From Longivirga aurantiaca (GTDB taxonomy: Bacteria > Actinomycetota > Actinomycetes > S36-B12 > CAIYMF01), in assembly GCF_042660085.1 (NCBI RefSeq), contig NZ_JBHSTI010000008.1:1993590-2025589 (forward strand): DNA of 32,000 nt, in the 5' to 3' direction. Shown one piece after another: positions 6,737 through 14,471 of this stretch (the stretch's first letter is position 1; every line of letters starts with the position of its first letter). The translations under genes were made by a program, and so were the position numbers. Below the pieces are notes generated by a model. It saw nothing but the letters and a program-made list of their open reading frames with translations. It had not been told where the DNA came from and searched no databases.

Positions 6737-7597
6737 TCACTCGTCGAGCAGGCCTTCGCGCAGCACGGCGAGCGACTTGGCCAGCAGCCTCGACACGTGC
6801 ATCTGCGAGATGCCGACCTCCTCGGAGATCTGCGTCTGGGTCATCCCGCGGAAGAACCGCAGCACCAGGATCCTGCGCTCGCGCGCCGGCAGCTGCGCGA
6901 GCAGGGGCCGCAGCGACTCGCGGTACTCGATCGTCTCGATGCCCGGGTCGTCGGCGCCCATGAGGTCGGCCAGCGACCCGGAGTCGTCGGACGAGCCGAC
7001 GTGGGCGTCCAGGCTCGTGTAGCTGTACGCCTGCGCGCCCTCGAGACCCTCGAGCACCTCCTCCTCGCTGATGCCGAGCTGCACCGCGAGCTCCGCCACG
7101 GTGGGCGTGCGTCCTGTTCGCTGTGAGAGCTCAGCCGTCGCCTGACCGAGCGACATGCGCAGCTCCTGCAGGCGCCGCGGCACGCGGATCGCCCACCCCT
7201 TGTCGCGGAAGTGCCGCTTGATCTCGCCGATGACGGTGGGCGTGGCGTACGTCGCCAGCTCGACGCCGCGCTCGAGCTCGAACCGGTCGACCGCCTTGAG
7301 CAGGCCGATCATCCCCACCTGGGTGAGGTCCTCGAGCGGCTCGCCGCGGTCACGGAACCTGCGGGCGAGGTACTGCACCAGCGGGATGTGCAGGGTGACG
7401 AGGTCGTCGCGCGCCCGTTGGTGCTCGGCGGACTCGGCGTCGGTGCTCGCCAGCACCTCGAGCAGCTCGCGCTCGCGCGCCCGGTGGGCGTCGCCCCAGC
7501 CGCGCGGCAGCACGGCGTCGCCCGACGGCTCGTGGGCGGGCGTCACGTCCTCGTCGGTCGGCGGCGGCGCGCCCGCATGCGCCGCGGAATGGTTCAC
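6737..7597 (-). CDS. sigF: SigB/SigF/SigG-family RNA polymerase sigma factor, 286 aa
   Basis: GTG 7597 overlaps the anti-sigma stop (GTGA). Region 2 is HIPLVQYLARRF...DLTQVGMIGLLKAVDRF. Region 4.2 HTH is MTQTQISEEVGISQMHVSRLL. The anti-sigma-then-sigma order matches mycobacterial usfX-sigF. The symbol is assigned by family and synteny only. Confidence 0.85.
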   Translation of the reverse strand: MNHSAAHAGAPPPTDEDVTPAHEPSGDAVLPRGWGDAHRARERELLEVLASTDAESAEHQRARDDLVTLHIPLVQYLARRFRDRGEPLEDLTQVGMIGLLKAVDRFELERGVELATYATPTVIGEIKRHFRDKGWAIRVPRRLQELRMSLGQATAELSQRTGRTPTVAELAVQLGISEEEVLEGLEGAQAYSYTSLDAHVGSSDDSGSLADLMGADDPGIETIEYRESLRPLLAQLPARERRILVLRFFRGMTQTQISEEVGISQMHVSRLLAKSLAVLREGLLDE

Positions 7598-8028
7598 GAC
7601 GGGTCGGCCGACGAGGTGCCGGTCGACGTGGTGCCGGTCGACGTGGTGCCGGCGGTGGCGCTCGAGCGCGACGCGCGCAGCGAGATGGTGACGCCGTCCG
7701 GCGTCTCCTCGGCCCACAGGTCGACCACCAGCGCGGCGAGCACGGCCCAGGCGAAGCTGTCCTCGCTCGGCAGCACCGATCCCTCGCACCGGCCCGTGAT
7801 GCTGATGAGGACGGCGGCGTCCTCGACGTCGAGCCGTACGTCGATCACCGAGCCCGGCTCGGCGCTCGCGGCCAGGAGTCCGGCCGCCTCTCCGACGGCC
7901 AGGCGGATGTCCTCGAGCTGCTCGAGGTCGAATCCCACGCGCGAGGCGACCGCGACCGCGGTGGAGCGCACCAGTGACACCCAGCCGGTCTCGGCCGGCA
8001 CGGACAGTCGAACGGCGTTCTGGGTCAT
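7594..8028 (-). CDS. Anti-sigma factor, UsfX/RsbW-like with degenerate ATP-binding motifs, 144 aa
   Basis: ATG 8028 has a GAGGAG RBS. Translation MTQNAVRLSVPAETGWVSLVRSTAVAVASRVGFDLEQLEDIRLAVGEAAGLL has the RsbW-like N-terminal layout, but the N-box Asn position reads GEAAG. C-terminal Thr/Ser/Gly tail TTSTGTTSTGTSS. Confidence 0.78.
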   Translation of the reverse strand: MTQNAVRLSVPAETGWVSLVRSTAVAVASRVGFDLEQLEDIRLAVGEAAGLLAASAEPGSVIDVRLDVEDAAVLISITGRCEGSVLPSEDSFAWAVLAALVVDLWAEETPDGVTISLRASRSSATAGTTSTGTTSTGTSSADPS

Positions 8029-8147
8029 CCGAGCTGCTCCTCGTCACCGGTGGGCATCGTGCCTGCGACGCTAACGCCGTGGCCGGGTCGCCACCAGCGC
8101 GCGCACGGTGGCGCGGACGGGGCGAGGGCACAGATCACGATGCGTGC

Positions 8148-8172
8148 TGCCCCCGATCCGGCCATCCCAAAC
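8148..8172 (-). promoter_or_regulatory. Candidate autoregulatory SigF-type promoter upstream of the anti-sigma/sigma operon (GGTTTG-N16-GGGCAG)
   Basis: Minus strand reads aGGTTTGggatggccggatcggGGGCAG. GTTT is at 8172-8169 and GGGCA at 8152-8148, with a 16-nt spacer, about 120 nt upstream of ATG 8028. One mismatch to GGGTA. Confidence 0.3.
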
Positions 8173-8191
8173 CTCGGGCCTGAACGGATGG

Positions 8192-8245
8192 GCGATTCGT
8201 TAGTGGAATCTCGCACTCGGCCCCGAGTTTCCACTACCGAATCGC
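8192..8245. repeat. 54-bp interrupted palindrome (17-bp arms matching 16/17, plus an inner 6-bp palindrome)
   Basis: gcgattcgttagtggaa (8192-8208) pairs with ttccactaccgaatcgc (8229-8245), with one mismatch. The inner palindrome is actcgg/ccgagt (8215-8220 / 8223-8228). It sits in the lower-GC gap between the sigma operon and the next gene. Confidence 0.7.
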
Positions 8246-8302
8246 GCGCGGATGCGCCGATAGCAGTCGCTTCGCGCGTGGCGGCCGAGCATCCTGGCCC
8301 GT

Positions 8303-8545
8303 ATGGCGGCGGCAGGGACAAGGACGCGAAGCAGGGTTCCCGCGCTGCTCGCGGGCGTCGGCAGCGGCCTGGCGGTGGTCTTCCTGCTGCTTCCGGCGAG
8401 AGGTGTCGATACCGACCCTCCCGCCTGCTCCTCCGCGCTCGGCTACTCGGTGCCCTGCGGCTCGGGCTGGGCCTTCGGCGCTGCCCTCGCTGTCGGTCTG
8501 CTCGCCGCCGGGGCGGTCGCGTGGGTCCTCGGCCGCAGGCCGTAG
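8303..8545 (+). CDS. Small hypothetical membrane protein (2 predicted TM helices), 80 aa
   Basis: The only frame in this gap with strong GC3 bias. Layout is a basic N-terminus, hydrophobic ALLAGVGSGLAVVFLLL, a Cys-containing loop, WAFGAALAVGLLAAGAVAWVL, then GRRP. No clear RBS. Confidence 0.45.
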   Translation: MAAAGTRTRSRVPALLAGVGSGLAVVFLLLPARGVDTDPPACSSALGYSVPCGSGWAFGAALAVGLLAAGAVAWVLGRRP

Positions 8546-8709
8546 CCCCCTCCCGCGACCCTGCACTCAGCCACCGATGGGCGTCAGGCGGTATGCCGTG
8601 TTCGCTTGGGGCTGAACGCTTCTCCGCGATATGGCTCCCGATCCGGATCCTACTGTCGGAGGTGGCTGAGAGGCTTTCATCAGTCGTCCAGCAGATGAGG
8701 GAGGTGACC

Positions 8710-10404
8710 ATGTCGACCACGTTCGACTCCGTCGAGACGTCCGCGTCGTACGACGAGGCGTTCCCGCCAGGGTGGTCACCGGTCACCCGCGAGCAGGAGC
8801 ACGCGTTCGCCGAAGCGCTGCGGCGCGACTTCCCGCCCGAGCGCCACGTCGACCCCGCCGGTGACGACCTGCCCGACCCGGGGCCGTTCTCCGAGCTCGG
8901 CCTCGTCGCTGCGGTCGACGGCCCGGCGGACCCGTTCGACCTCGTGCTGCTGCACGCCCTGGACCCCGAGTCGCTGTCCGACCCCGGCGACCAGCTGCGG
9001 ATGCTGTCGGCGCTGGACAAGGTGGAGTGCCTGACCCAGTCGCTGCGGATCCGCACCCTCATGGCGCTCGGCGACGACGACGAGTACTGGACCGGCCTGG
9101 ACGAGCAGGACCTGCAGCACGAGATCGCCATCGCCCGGCGCACCTCGGAGTACAACGCCGGCAAGGCCCTCGAGCTCGCCCGTTCCATCACCCGCGACTA
9201 CCCCGACCTCCTCGCCGCGCTCACCGACGGACGGGTGTCCTGGGGCCACCTCGCGGTGCTGGTCGACCGCACCCGCTACGTCACCGACCCCGCCGCGATC
9301 GCGGCGATCTCCGCCCGCGCCCTGACGCGGGCGCTGACCCGCACGCCCGGGCAGTTCGCCACCGAGGTCGAGAAGCTCGTCGCCCGGTTCGACCCCGACG
9401 CCGCCGAGCGCCACCGCCGCGCCAAGAAGAAGGAGCGCAGGGTCTGGGTCAAGCGCCTCGCCGACGGCATGGGCATGCTCGGCTACGTCGACGACTGGGC
9501 CATCATCAGCGCCGTCCACGAGACCATCGCCGCCGACGCCCGCTCGAGCAAGAAGGCCGCCCGCGCCCAGAAGCGCGCCCGCACGGCCGCCCGCCGTGAC
9601 GGCACACCGTCGGAGCCGACGCCCGGCACCGACGTCGTCCTCGCTGACGAGGCCGACGTCGTCCCGACCGACGGCGACCACAGTGGCCCGCGCCACGGCG
9701 ACCACGCCGCCTCGGGCGGCAGCGACCACCGCGCCTCGACGACGGACGACGCGGACGACGTCGAGGACGAGGAGCCCGACGCCGACACCGCCCGCGCGGA
9801 CGCGCTCGCCGCCCGTGTGCTGGGCACCCTGAACCCCGACGGGTCCGTGGTCTGGGACCGGGCCGCCTCGGTGGTGTTCGAGGGCCACCTGGTCATCGAC
9901 TTCCTGACCCTCACCCGCGAACGCGACCGTGTCGCCCTCCTGGACGGGCAGCCCCTGCCGCCGGAGACCGCCCGCGAGTACGCCGGCACCGTGAAGACCT
10001 GGCGCCGGTTCGTCACCGATCACCTCATCGACGTGGGCAACCGCTACACCGACGACACGCTGCACCGCTTCATCCTGGCCCGCGACATCTGCCGCAACCC
10101 GGTCCACGACCACATCCCCACCTCCACCCGGCTGCAGATGGACCACGCCGAGGAAGCACCCCACGGCCCCACCAGCGCCGACAACTGCGGCGGCATCTGC
10201 ATCCCCAGCCACCAGCTCAAGACCGCCCGCCGGGTCGACATCACCGACTCGAGAGCAGACGGCTCCTGCACCTGGACCACCCGAGCCGGGCAGGTCGTCC
10301 ACATCCCACCCCGCCCGTTCCTCGACCACCCCGACCCACCGCTGCTCCCCCGGCGTCGCCATGGGCCGGCGCCCGACCCTGCCGACGACATCCCGCCCTT
10401 CTGA
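8710..10404 (+). CDS. DUF222 + HNH-endonuclease-like protein (mycobacterial REP13E12-type family), 564 aa
   Basis: ATG 8710 has a GAGGGAGG RBS. The N-terminal two-thirds match the DUF222 pattern (LRMLSALDKVE...IAIARRTSEYNAGKALELAR...LTDGRVSWGHLAVLVD). Acidic low-complexity insert TTDDADDVEDEEPDAD. C-terminal HNH-like block CRNPVHDH...MDH...ADNCGGICIPSHQLKT. Confidence 0.82.
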   Translation: MSTTFDSVETSASYDEAFPPGWSPVTREQEHAFAEALRRDFPPERHVDPAGDDLPDPGPFSELGLVAAVDGPADPFDLVLLHALDPESLSDPGDQLRMLSALDKVECLTQSLRIRTLMALGDDDEYWTGLDEQDLQHEIAIARRTSEYNAGKALELARSITRDYPDLLAALTDGRVSWGHLAVLVDRTRYVTDPAAIAAISARALTRALTRTPGQFATEVEKLVARFDPDAAERHRRAKKKERRVWVKRLADGMGMLGYVDDWAIISAVHETIAADARSSKKAARAQKRARTAARRDGTPSEPTPGTDVVLADEADVVPTDGDHSGPRHGDHAASGGSDHRASTTDDADDVEDEEPDADTARADALAARVLGTLNPDGSVVWDRAASVVFEGHLVIDFLTLTRERDRVALLDGQPLPPETAREYAGTVKTWRRFVTDHLIDVGNRYTDDTLHRFILARDICRNPVHDHIPTSTRLQMDHAEEAPHGPTSADNCGGICIPSHQLKTARRVDITDSRADGSCTWTTRAGQVVHIPPRPFLDHPDPPLLPRRRHGPAPDPADDIPPF

Positions 10405-10541
10405 CCACCCCCGCACGGCCGTGAGCCGGACCCCACCCCGGAGTCCGGCGCACAGCCATGCCCGGTGACCGCACGGACGTCGGAGGAAGCGGGGAGGAGG
10501 GGGCACGACCCGAGGGCGACGAGTTCTGCGTCGGCCGACCG

Positions 10542-11366
10542 CTACTCGGTGAGGAAGTCGAGGACGAGGCGGCTGAAGGCCGCGGCGTGCTCGATCTGGG
10601 TCCAGTGCCCGCACCGGCCGAACACGTGCAGCCGTACGTCGGGCACCACGTCGAGCAGGTGCAGCGCATTCGACAGCGGGATCACCTGGTCCTCGCGGCC
10701 GTGCACCACGAGGGTCGGCTGAGGCAGGCGCGCGATCTCGTCGTCCGGCGTCACCATCGCGTCGACCCAGCGCTGGCGCGGGGCGGGGAACATCGCCGAG
10801 AACGACTCCTGGAAGCCGGGCTGGATCGACGCCTCGTAGCGCACCTGCGCGAGCTCGTCGGTCACGAGCTCGCGCGAGTGCGCGAAGATCCCGAGGAGCT
10901 CGCGCATGCTCTCGAGCGACGGCTCGTAGCCCCACACGCGGTCGAGCCCGTCGGTGATCTCGAACGGCACCCCCACGCTGCCCATGAGCACCAGACGCGA
11001 GACGCGGTCGGGGTGCCGCGCCGCCACCCGCAGCGCCAGCGCGCCGCCGAAGCTGTTGCCCACCAGCGCGACCTTCCCGAGCCCGAGCGCGTCGAGGAAC
11101 CCGACGACCTGGCCGACCCACGTGTCCATGGAGTAGTCGACGCCGTCGGGCCGCTCGGTGAAGCCGAAGCCGACCAGGTCCGGCGCGTACACCGCGAGCT
11201 GCTGCGACAGCACCGGGATCGTGAGCCGCCAGTTGGCGTACGCCGTCACCCCCGGGCCGGAGCCGTGCAGCAGCACCACAGGGTCGCCCGAGCCCGCGTG
11301 CAGGTAGTTGGTGCTGATGCCGGCGGCGACGACGGTCGAGCCGAGCTCGGGGCGCGGTGCGGTCAT
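10542..11366 (-). CDS. Alpha/beta hydrolase of the meta-cleavage-product (C-C bond) hydrolase type, ~274 aa
   Basis: Translation VVLLHGSGPGVTAYANW, nucleophile elbow VGNSFGG, HGREDQVIP, and His motif GRCGHWTQIEH match the BphD/MhpC/HsaD-like pattern. Start ATG 11366 (MTAPRP...); ATG 11378 is an alternative. Confidence 0.8.
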   Translation of the reverse strand: MTAPRPELGSTVVAAGISTNYLHAGSGDPVVLLHGSGPGVTAYANWRLTIPVLSQQLAVYAPDLVGFGFTERPDGVDYSMDTWVGQVVGFLDALGLGKVALVGNSFGGALALRVAARHPDRVSRLVLMGSVGVPFEITDGLDRVWGYEPSLESMRELLGIFAHSRELVTDELAQVRYEASIQPGFQESFSAMFPAPRQRWVDAMVTPDDEIARLPQPTLVVHGREDQVIPLSNALHLLDVVPDVRLHVFGRCGHWTQIEHAAAFSRLVLDFLTE

Positions 11367-11440
11367 GCGCACCAGCATCGCGCACGCCGCAGCGGCGGCA
11401 CGCGAGCATCCCGGCACACGGAACGCCCGGAGCCGGGACG

Positions 11441-12439
11441 TCAGGAGGTGGCGACTGCGTTCGCGAGCACCTCGGGGGGCAGCGTCCAGTGCTCGCCCAG
11501 CAGCAGGTCGAGCGTGTCGGGTTGGAAGATGCGCCGACCCCCTGACGGCGTGCTGGTCAGCTCGCCCACGAGCACGCGGCCGTCGACGTCGTAGAGGTCG
11601 ACCCGCAGCATGTCCATGCCTGCCGCGAGCTCCTCGGCGAGCGCGACCATCTCCCCCGACGTCGAAGGCGCGGCGCCCTCACCATCCGGCTTACCCGCAT
11701 CCGTGGAACGGAGCAGCGGCCTCCAGTCGCGGTCGCGCAGCACGCCCGGGCCCAGACCGTCGGGGTCGAGCACCTCGATCGCACGCACGACGCCGTCGGC
11801 CACGAAGAGCTTGTACTCGCGCGCAGGGACCTGCGCCGTGCCGAGCAGCTCCTCCGCGAGCACGCGGTGCGGCACGTCGCGGTAGGCCCACTCGGGGTAG
11901 CGGTTCGGGCCGTGCTCGAAGCCGAGCGTGAGCCACCAGCGGAGCAGCCCCGTCGCCCGCGCGACGTCGAGGTCGTCGGGGTGGATGCGGTACCTGCTCC
12001 ACAGCACGCTCCGGGGCCGGCTCGGCAGCTCCACGCCGCGCGCGAACCGGTCGCTCACCAGAACCGCACCGCCCGACCCGTGGGTGGCCTTGACGGCGAC
12101 CTCGCGCGGCAGCTCCGCCCAGGGCACGGCGCCGGCGGCGTCCCACACGCCGTACAGCGTCGGGAGCCGGTCGGCCCCCACCCTCTCGGTCACCACCTCG
12201 CGCACCGCGACGCGGTCGGCCAGCGTCGTGAGGATCGGACGTCGGTCGTGGGCGAGCCGGAACAGCAGCTTGTCGTGGAAGCCCTGCGGTTCGGGCCCGG
12301 CGAGCGAGGCGAGCGTGCGGTACGCCCGCGCAGTGGGCCAGAGCCCGGCACGTGCGTCGACCACCGCGTGCAGCGCCGTGCGGGCACGGCGGGGAAGGCG
12401 GTCGCGCACGACCGCGAGCGATCGCGTCGTCGACCTCAC
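11441..12439 (-). CDS. ATP-grasp fold amidoligase family protein (TupA-like), 332 aa
   Basis: GTG 12439 has a GGGGGAGG RBS. Translation FHDKLLFRLAHDRRPILTTLADRVAVREVV...LPREVAVKATHGSGGAVLV...YKLFVADG...LRVDLY matches the TupA-like ATP-grasp pattern. Confidence 0.75.
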   Translation of the reverse strand: MRSTTRSLAVVRDRLPRRARTALHAVVDARAGLWPTARAYRTLASLAGPEPQGFHDKLLFRLAHDRRPILTTLADRVAVREVVTERVGADRLPTLYGVWDAAGAVPWAELPREVAVKATHGSGGAVLVSDRFARGVELPSRPRSVLWSRYRIHPDDLDVARATGLLRWWLTLGFEHGPNRYPEWAYRDVPHRVLAEELLGTAQVPAREYKLFVADGVVRAIEVLDPDGLGPGVLRDRDWRPLLRSTDAGKPDGEGAAPSTSGEMVALAEELAAGMDMLRVDLYDVDGRVLVGELTSTPSGGRRIFQPDTLDLLLGEHWTLPPEVLANAVATS

Positions 12440-12595
12440 ACGGCCTCCCCCTCGTCCCCACGCACCCTAGCCACGCGCTCCGGCACAGGACGCGTACGCA
12501 CCGGCAGCACGGCACCCACGGGTCGTCACCGGACGTTCACCGACGCGTCGGCAGAACACGATCCCGATGACCGAATCCGCCGCTGGTCTACGCGC

Positions 12596-13162
12596 GTGAG
12601 CGTGCTGACGCAGCCGCTGGTCGCCCCCGCCCCGCTGGCGCGACCGGCCCAGGACTCCGACCTGACCGCCATCCTCGACGTGTACGCCGCCTGCCGCGCG
12701 AGCGATCCGACGTACCCGGCTGCGGTCGGCAGCGCGACGACACCCGACCTCGCCGAGTGGTTCTTCCGCAAACCGCTGGCCGCGTGCCTCGTGGTCGAGA
12801 ACGCCGACCGGGTCATCGTCGGCGTGGCGGGGCTGAGCGCCGCCGCCCCGCCCCAGTCCGCGCGCGGCGACCGACGCGTGCACTGGATGGAGTCGTGCCG
12901 GCTCGCGGTCCATCCCGAGCACCGAGGCGGCGCCGCCTCACGGGCCCTGACGTCGGCGCGGATGCGCGCGGCCTCCGACCTCGGGGCCGATCGGCTCTGG
13001 CTGCGCTGCCTGCCCGGCTCCCCCGCGCACGGCCTCTACCTGCGCGTGGGCTGGTCGTTCCTCTCCCGCGGGCACATCGACGTGCCTGGCGAGGCGTCAC
13101 GCCCCGCCGTGCTGCTGCAGCGCGCCGTCCCCGCGATGCCGACGTACCGCGTGGTGACTTGA
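12596..13162 (+). CDS. GNAT-family N-acetyltransferase, ~188 aa
   Basis: Acetyl-CoA motif A-like RLAVHPEHRGGAASRALTSA, followed by LWLRCLPGSPAHGLYLRVGW. The start is uncertain (GTG 12596 or 12602). Confidence 0.75.
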   Translation: MSVLTQPLVAPAPLARPAQDSDLTAILDVYAACRASDPTYPAAVGSATTPDLAEWFFRKPLAACLVVENADRVIVGVAGLSAAAPPQSARGDRRVHWMESCRLAVHPEHRGGAASRALTSARMRAASDLGADRLWLRCLPGSPAHGLYLRVGWSFLSRGHIDVPGEASRPAVLLQRAVPAMPTYRVVT

Positions 13163-13210
13163 CCCGACACGGTCCGCGACGGGCAGTGTCCGCTGTGGTG
13201 GGATCGGCGC

Positions 13211-14278
13211 ATGGCCCCCGACCCGGTGACCGCGTCCGGGCGTGCCGATCCCCTGCTCGTCGCCCGCCTGCGCGCGCAGCTGCTGACCAGCCGCGCGGCG
13301 ACCGACCCGGTCGACGTCGTCGAGCGCCTCCTCGCCGTCCAGGCGCAGGACGGCCGCGGCTTCCGGCTCGCCGTGCGCGCCCGGTCCAGCGTCGCCGGCG
13401 CCTCGGCGGTCGACCACGCGCTCACCCACGACCGCAGCCTCGTCGTCGACTGGCTGAACCGCGGCACCCTGCACCTCGTGCGCAGCGAGGACCACGCCTG
13501 GCTGCACATGCTGACCACGCCCCGGCTGACGACGGCGGGCAACCGACGGCTCGCGCAGGAGGGCGTCGACGCGGCCATGGCCGAGCGCGCGGTCGCGCTG
13601 GTGACGACGACCCTCCGCGAGGACGGGCCGCACACCCGCGCGCAGCTGCGCGACGTCCTCGACGCGGCAGGTGTGCGCACCGCCGGCCAGGCCCTCGTGC
13701 ACGTCCTCGGGGCCGCGTCGTTCGCAGGGCTCGCCCTGCGCGGCCCGGTGGTCGACGGCGAGCAGGCCTTCGTCGACCCCGAGTCGTGGCTCGGCCCGCG
13801 GCCCCCGCTGCCCGAGAGGGACGTCGCCCTCGCCGAGCTCGCGCGTCGCTACCTGGCCGGGCACGGGCCGGCGCGCGACCACGACCTCGCGTACTGGACC
13901 GGCCTCCCCCTCCGCGACGCGCGACGCGGGCTCGCAGGCGTGCGCGGCCTGGTCGACCATGGCGACGGGCTCGTCTCGCTGCACGCCGACGACGATGCGC
14001 CAGCCGTCCCCGATCCCGTGCTGCTCGGGCCGTTCGACCCCCTGCTGCACGGGTGGAAGTCGCGCGCCCTCGTCGTGGGCGACGACGAGGAGGGCGTGGT
14101 GACGAGCAACGGCCTCTTCCGCCCGGTCGCGCTGGTGGACGGTGTCGCGGTCGCGGTGTGGGGCCTCGCGGGCGGCCGGCTCACCTGGACGGTGCGCGAC
14201 GGCCACCGGCTGAGCAGCCCCGTCGAGCAGGCGCTGCGCATCGACGCCGCACGGGTCGTCGACTACCTCGGCAGCTGA
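13211..14278 (+). CDS. Winged-helix HTH_42 superfamily protein (YcaQ/AlkZ-family DNA glycosylase), 355 aa
   Basis: Translation LLVARLRAQLL...VVERLLAVQAQDGRG...WLNRGTLHLVRSED...ELARRYLAGHGPA...DLAYWTG matches the DUF1006/YcaQ family. Q-A-Q at residues 44-46 lies at the position of the catalytic Q-phi-Q motif of AlkZ-like enzymes. Confidence 0.8.
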   Translation: MAPDPVTASGRADPLLVARLRAQLLTSRAATDPVDVVERLLAVQAQDGRGFRLAVRARSSVAGASAVDHALTHDRSLVVDWLNRGTLHLVRSEDHAWLHMLTTPRLTTAGNRRLAQEGVDAAMAERAVALVTTTLREDGPHTRAQLRDVLDAAGVRTAGQALVHVLGAASFAGLALRGPVVDGEQAFVDPESWLGPRPPLPERDVALAELARRYLAGHGPARDHDLAYWTGLPLRDARRGLAGVRGLVDHGDGLVSLHADDDAPAVPDPVLLGPFDPLLHGWKSRALVVGDDEEGVVTSNGLFRPVALVDGVAVAVWGLAGGRLTWTVRDGHRLSSPVEQALRIDAARVVDYLGS

Positions 14279-14471
14279 CGGGCGAGACGCACGAGCCGCT
14301 CATGACGACGGCTGAGGCTGTGGAGCTGGCGCGACCCGAGCTCGGCCTCGACCAGCGCCCGCGAGGCCGCCGAGCACACCGACGACCTGCACGACCCCGA
14401 GGCGTCGCCGCGGCCTATCTGACGGTGGCCGCCGTCCTGCGGCTCTGAGGGCGGACGGAGCGAGCGGCGCT

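Noticed and set aside
8640-8649. 10-bp perfect palindrome GATCCGGATC upstream of the HNH gene.
   Set aside because: It is short, and I can see no partner site or positional logic. It could be chance.
8050-8709. In-frame 220-codon upstream extension of the DUF222/HNH ORF.
   Set aside because: It has poor GC3, no family similarity, and overlaps the better-supported small membrane ORF in another frame. ATG 8710 has a strong RBS.
14302-14448. 48-aa ORF (MTTAEAVELARPELGLDQRPRGRR...) in the gap after the glycosylase gene.
   Set aside because: It has an Arg-rich second half, no RBS, mixed codon bias and no recognisable motif. It is probably a chance ORF in a convergent intergenic region.
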